Shown here: piece after piece, positions 62,769 through 64,000 of the stretch | Numbering within the stretch: position 1 is the first letter of the stretch | Layout of the letters: each line of letters begins with the position of its first letter | Origin: Gammaproteobacteria bacterium | GTDB lineage: Bacteria; Pseudomonadota; Gammaproteobacteria; SZUA-21 | Assembly: GCA_003233345.1 (NCBI GenBank) | Contig: QILK01000044.1 | Location: 4,874-68,873, forward strand | Length of the DNA: 64,000 nt | Direction: 5' to 3' | Program-made: the position numbers and the translations under genes | The notes under the pieces: model-generated | The model's input: only the letters and a program-made list of their open reading frames with translations | What the model was told of the DNA's origin: nothing | Databases searched by the model: none

Positions 62769-64000
62769 TTAGCCGGTTGATGAATTTTCTAATTGTTCTT
62801 GCTCAACCAGTTCGCCCTGTAAGCTATTCGGTAATGCACTTGTTATTTTTACCGTAACAAATTGTCCAATTAAATTTTTGTCCCCGGTGAAATTGACTAC
62901 GCGGTTATTTTCAGTACGCCCCGCCATTTGCTCAGCCTGTTTTGTCGATACACGACTGACTAAAATAATTTGATCCGTTCCAACCATGCGTCGGCTTATC
63001 TGCGCACTTAGATTGCTTATCTTTTTTTGCAATAGCGCCAACCGCTGTTTCTTAGTTTCCATCGACACATCGTCTATGGCAGAAGCCGCAGGTGTCCCGG
63101 GGCGAGCACTATAAACAAAACTGTAGGAATGGTCAAAACCTATTTCATCAATCAATGCCATGGTCGCATTAAAATCGTCTTCTGTTTCGCCGGGATAACC
63201 CACAATAAAATCCGAGGATATTGAAATAGCCGGTTTGACTTTTTTCAGCGCTTTTATTTTTTCGACATACTCAGCAACGGAATGCCCCCTTTTCATCAAA
63301 GAAAGAATCCTGTCAGACCCACTTTGAACGGGTAAATGCAAATGTTCCACCAGTTGATCGACCTCGGCATGTGCCTGGATCAGGCTCGCCGTCATCTCCA
63401 CCGGATGTGAAGTGGTATAGCGAATTCTATCAACGCCATCAATTGCGGCAACATAATTAAGTAGTAACGCCAGATCCGCATCGCCGCCACCAAACAATTC
63501 TCCCTGATAGGCATTAACATTTTGACCCAATAATATAATTTCCCGAACCCCCTTGGCGACCAGCAAAACCACCTCGGCAATAACATCATCCAATGGCCGG
63601 CTGATTTCCTCGCCACGGGTATAGGGCACAACACAAAAAGTACAATATTTGCTACAGCCTTCCATGATCGAAACATAGGCCGAAGGGCCGTCGGCCCGGG
63701 GTTCAGGCAGATTGTCAAATTTCTCAATAGCCGTAAACTCAATATCAACAACGGCTTTGTGTTTTTGTCCGACTTCATCCAGTAATTGCGGCAATCGATG
63801 TAAAGTCTGCGGACCGAATACGATATCGACAAAGGGCGCTCTTTGGCGCAGCAATTCACCCTCCTGACTGGCAACGCAACCGCCGACACCGATTAGAATA
63901 TTTGGGTTAGATTCCTTTAACTCACGCCAACGGCCGAGTTCGGAAAAGACCTTTTCCTGCGCTTTTTCGCGGATAGAACACGTGTTTAACAACAATAAAT
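62769..64000 (-). CDS. miaB: tRNA-2-methylthio-N6-dimethylallyladenosine synthase MiaB, C-terminal about 410 aa; N-terminus beyond window end
   Basis: Radical-SAM CxxxCxxC ([11 protein letters not shown]) and TRAM domain; upstream of ybeZ as in miaB-ybeZ-ybeY-corC-lnt operons. Confidence 0.9.
   Translation of the reverse strand, partial: LLLLNTCSIREKAQEKVFSELGRWRELKESNPNILIGVGGCVASQEGELLRQRAPFVDIVFGPQTLHRLPQLLDEVGQKHKAVVDIEFTAIEKFDNLPEPRADGPSAYVSIMEGCSKYCTFCVVPYTRGEEISRPLDDVIAEVVLLVAKGVREIILLGQNVNAYQGELFGGGDADLALLLNYVAAIDGVDRIRYTTSHPVEMTASLIQAHAEVDQLVEHLHLPVQSGSDRILSLMKRGHSVAEYVEKIKALKKVKPAISISSDFIVGYPGETEDDFNATMALIDEIGFDHSYSFVYSARPGTPAASAIDDVSMETKKQRLALLQKKISNLSAQISRRMVGTDQIILVSRVSTKQAEQMAGRTENNRVVNFTGDKNLIGQFVTVKITSALPNSLQGELVEQEQLENSSTG

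Overview
This 64-kb window is chromosomal DNA from an AT-rich gammaproteobacterium and is mostly conserved housekeeping genes; it does not look like a classical accessory island. Gene order and protein identities are recognisable by eye from the translations.

Contents in order:
(1) Division/cell-wall (dcw) cluster on the minus strand: murG (partial), ftsW, murD, mraY, murF, murE, ftsI, ftsL, rsmH, mraZ.
(2) RNase P RNA gene rnpB on the minus strand (about 11544-11919), recognised by its conserved motifs, then rsmI, lpoA, yraN and dolP/yraP.
(3) A GlcD-family FAD-linked oxidase gene bracketed by two complete copies of a roughly 155-bp MITE-like element with 30-bp terminal inverted repeats. A third copy lies between ybeZ and miaB.
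(4) sspB-sspA, the cytochrome bc1 operon petABC, and a DegS/AlgW-type protease.
(5) A roughly 320-bp nested palindromic element, then hisC-hisD-hisG, whose leader has four tandem hairpins but no His-rich leader peptide.
(6) murA-ibaG-mlaB, where the expected mlaFEDC genes are replaced by a DUF72 gene.
(7) yrbG-kdsD-kdsC-lptC-lptA-lptB-rpoN-hpf-ptsN, followed by hprK-rapZ-EIIA(Man)-HPr-ptsI and mgtE.
(8) An AT-rich orphan lipoprotein gene and a carbon-nitrogen hydrolase gene.
(9) A yhdP homolog split into two ORFs by a frameshift, then rng, maf, rlmH, rsfS, nadD, proA, holA, lptE, leuS.
(10) An unusually long lnt (693 aa, with an in-frame insertion of about 105 aa plus an extra transmembrane segment), then corC, ybeY, ybeZ and miaB (partial).

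No CRISPR array, tRNA gene, rRNA gene or obvious defence-system gene was found. The most novel signals are the two repeat-element families, the MITE-bracketed oxidase gene, the lnt insertion, the split yhdP and the rearranged mla and his leader regions.
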